Source: Acidimicrobiales bacterium (lineage in GTDB: Bacteria; Actinomycetota; Acidimicrobiia; Acidimicrobiales; Ilumatobacteraceae). From it: a DNA stretch of 64,000 nucleotides. Positions 63,748 to 64,000 of this stretch are shown piece after piece. Both the position numbers and the translations under genes were made by a program. Location: contig JBBQMG010000004.1 of assembly GCA_038328705.1 (NCBI GenBank), forward strand, positions 3,391 through 67,390, given 5' to 3'. The notes below the pieces were generated by a model. That model was not told the DNA's origin, made no database searches, and worked only from the letters and a program-made list of their open reading frames with translations. Each line of letters starts with the position of its first letter. Within the stretch, counting starts at the first letter, position 1.

Positions 63748-64000
63748 TCAGGAGGTTGTCGGCGAGAACCGGCGTAGGCGCAAGCTGTTGCTGACGACGA
63801 ACACACTGCTGAACGCCATCGCCGCGCTCGCGACCACCGGCGACAGCAACCACGACATCGCCAGCGGGATGGCCGCCACGTTGTAGGCGAACGCCCAGAA
63901 CAGGTTGCCCTTGATGACCGACAGTGTGCGTCGGCTCAGCTCTATCGCGTCGGCGGTGGCGTGTAGGTCGGCGCGCACCAGTGTCAGGTCGCTGGCCTCG
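63748..64000 (-). CDS. Heavy-metal-translocating P-type ATPase, C-terminal end (the gene continues beyond the window)
   Basis: AIELSRRTLSVIKGNLFWAFAYNVAAIPLA and SSVFVVSNSLRLRRF are typical P1B-ATPase C-terminal TM segments. The frame stays open to base 64000. Confidence 0.8.
   Translation of the reverse strand, partial: EASDLTLVRADLHATADAIELSRRTLSVIKGNLFWAFAYNVAAIPLAMSWLLSPVVASAAMAFSSVFVVSNSLRLRRFSPTTS

Overview
High-GC (about two-thirds G+C) chromosomal segment of an actinobacterium. The phylum call rests on mycothiol mshA with its ybjN neighbour, the rex-hemACD arrangement, an MMPL transporter and a SigB/SigF-type partner-switching module. A finer taxon cannot be assigned from sequence alone. 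I found no rRNA, tRNA, CRISPR array, transposase or integrase, so this looks like core chromosome rather than an island.

Gene content, left to right:
- 1-12.7 kb: stress and lipid block. It holds katE (partial), a GAF-PP2C phosphatase, a STAS/anti-sigma/sigma operon, CsbD, a YdeP-type molybdoenzyme, an EEP-family protein, a DAG-kinase-like lipid kinase, two tandem PAP2 phosphatases and a DUF1206 protein.
- 12.8-16.9 kb: MMPL transporter plus a NarL-type two-component system.
- 16.9-19.7 kb: head-to-head pair of citrate-synthase-like genes carrying regulatory-domain fusions.
- 19.7-37 kb: housekeeping genes (trmH, alkB, an aminotransferase, phosphatases, FKBP, nhaA, mshA, proC, fadD), interspersed with c-di-GMP-related genes (a BcsA-like PilZ protein and an RsiG-like protein).
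- 36.8-48.1 kb: rex-hemACD ... hemB-hemL, interrupted by a secreted beta-propeller protein, a membrane protein and a TPR-GGDEF cyclase.
- 49.4-57.4 kb: ispDF-rlmB-APH-MFS operon, crp and ABC transporter genes.
- 57.5-63.1 kb: FHA-FtsK/SpoIIIE triple-ATPase locus beside a sigma-like regulator.

Most noteworthy observations, all read directly from the sequence:
1. A GTTT-N16-GGG(T/A)A promoter motif recurs upstream of genes in the first 13 kb, next to the SigB/F-like sigma gene.
2. The CBS-citrate synthase gene has a frameshift near base 17096. Its divergent partner is an HTH-citrate-synthase-like protein whose catalytic His is replaced (GFGQ instead of GFGH).
3. A BcsA-like glycosyltransferase has degenerate catalytic motifs but an intact PilZ domain.
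4. An RsiG-like protein carries the c-di-GMP-binding motif and is translationally coupled to a MoaD-like protein ending in GG-ST.
5. An orphan EccC/EssC-like ATPase lies next to five GTGA(G/A)-core hexamers (TGTGAG in the three central copies) phased at 11-12 bp.

No database search was possible. All family calls rest on motifs recognised by eye.
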